From contig NW_005434542.1 of the NCBI RefSeq assembly GCF_000315625.1, positions 12,495-76,494 of the forward strand: 64,000 bases of DNA, written 5' to 3'. The DNA is from Guillardia theta CCMP2712. Its lineage: Eukaryota; Protista; Cryptophyta. A program made the translations under genes and the position numbers. Positions within the stretch are counted from its first letter, which is position 1. Each line of letters opens with the position of its first letter. Below the pieces are notes generated by a model. That model saw only the letters and a program-made list of their open reading frames with translations, was not told the DNA's origin and did no database searches. Shown here in pieces: positions 63,224 to 64,000 of the stretch.

Positions 63224-63833
63224 ATGATGATGATGATGATGATGACTGTGATGAACTGACGTTGCTTGCTGGTGAATATTGCCTTTCTCCTTCTCACCTT
63301 TCCAGCCATTTTTGTAGCGTGTGCTCACTTCTATATTGCAGCTTCCCCGTCGATCTTGCAAATGTCATAATGAAAGACTCAGGGAGTGTCATTTGTGGAT
63401 TGGACAACCAACCTTTCTGCACTAAGATCGAAACAAGATATCTGAACTCTTCCAGATCTTTCACCGTGAGTACCAAGACAACGGAGCATAAACAGTTGTT
63501 CCACAGTCGTCATCATCTACATCTTCTGCTTGTTCTTGTTCCTTCTCTATCATCATTGACTCCTCCTTTTCTTCCTCTTTCCATCATATTCATCATCATT
63601 GTTGACATCTTCTGAATGTTGCAGGATACATCTACACCAGTTTTCTGTGGAGCCAAAAGATTAAAGTGACTGGGTCGATTACCTGTCTGAATCAAGCAGT
63701 CATGTCAATGAGGTGAGGCTAGTGATGATAATGCTGGTAGTAGTGGTGGTGGTGATGATGATGTTGATGTCAATGTTGATGATTTTGGTGGTGGTGCTGG
63801 TGGTGGTGCTGGTGCTTGTGGAGATATGAAGGA

Positions 63834-63873
<40 letters not shown>

Positions 63874-64000
63874 ATGGAGATGGAGATGGAGATGGAGATG
63901 GAGATGGAGATGGAGATGGAGATGGAGATGGAGATGGAGATGATGATGATGATGATGATGAGATTATAATAATGATGATAATGTCAACAATGACAAACAG
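57894..64000 (+). CDS. Large secreted/surface protein with cadherin-like (VCBS/Big_9-type) repeats; continues beyond the window
   Basis: Signal MDTRWSCRFLLLYLIIQLTG; Cys-containing exons; INIMAVDDAPVLNAPTELTTNENEISIPSSIFSASDVDA (62460-62585) is a cadherin-like linker and Ca-binding motif. Confidence 0.6.
59959..60333. repeat. 43-bp intronic minisatellite x~8.7
   Basis: Unit AGAGATCAGAGGAGTGTTGATGG[T/A]TGTAGATGTAC[C/A]AGTGAAT starting at 59961, 60004, ... 60305. Confidence 0.95.

Noticed and set aside
17527-64000. Numerous low-complexity ORFs (poly-E/L/S/P/H, SSPLL, EERRG)
   Set aside because: They are translations of intronic or intergenic microsatellites.
1-64000. tRNA/rRNA/snRNA genes and intact transposase or reverse transcriptase
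   Set aside because: No cloverleaf or T-loop context, rRNA signature, or DDE/RT motif was recognised by eye; tRNAscan/Infernal would be needed to exclude them.

Overview
Eukaryotic nuclear DNA: gene-dense, with many ~45-60 nt spliceosomal introns, microsatellite-filled longer introns and one 100-N gap. Two genes carry bipartite signal + AF-motif transit peptides, so the host has a complex red-derived plastid; the style fits a cryptophyte such as Guillardia theta (inference). About 20 genes were reconstructed by hand-splicing: plastid stromal processing peptidase (M16), ARM-repeat protein, 7-blade WD40 protein with near-identical internal repeats, plastid-targeted TM + STI1 protein, collagen + lectin-like protein, GT47-like and GT25 glycosyltransferases, five intronless SHAQKYF-class MYB genes, an ankyrin protein, an FkbM-like methyltransferase, a PDZ protein, the 5' part of a cadherin-like surface protein, and a ~2,800-aa secreted protein with three bacterial-type clan GH-A modules plus EGF/TSP1 repeats. 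The MYB genes share a novel insertion and two of them form an inverted repeat limited to the CDS. The main unexplained non-coding structure is a recurring intergenic module, mostly at gene 5' ends or divergent promoters: GC-rich islands built from a small shuffled vocabulary of palindromic words, coupled to CCCTACCC/GGGTAGGG tracts. No tRNA, rRNA, CRISPR array or intact transposase was recognised. All family calls come from motif recognition, not database searches, and exon boundaries are manual and approximate.
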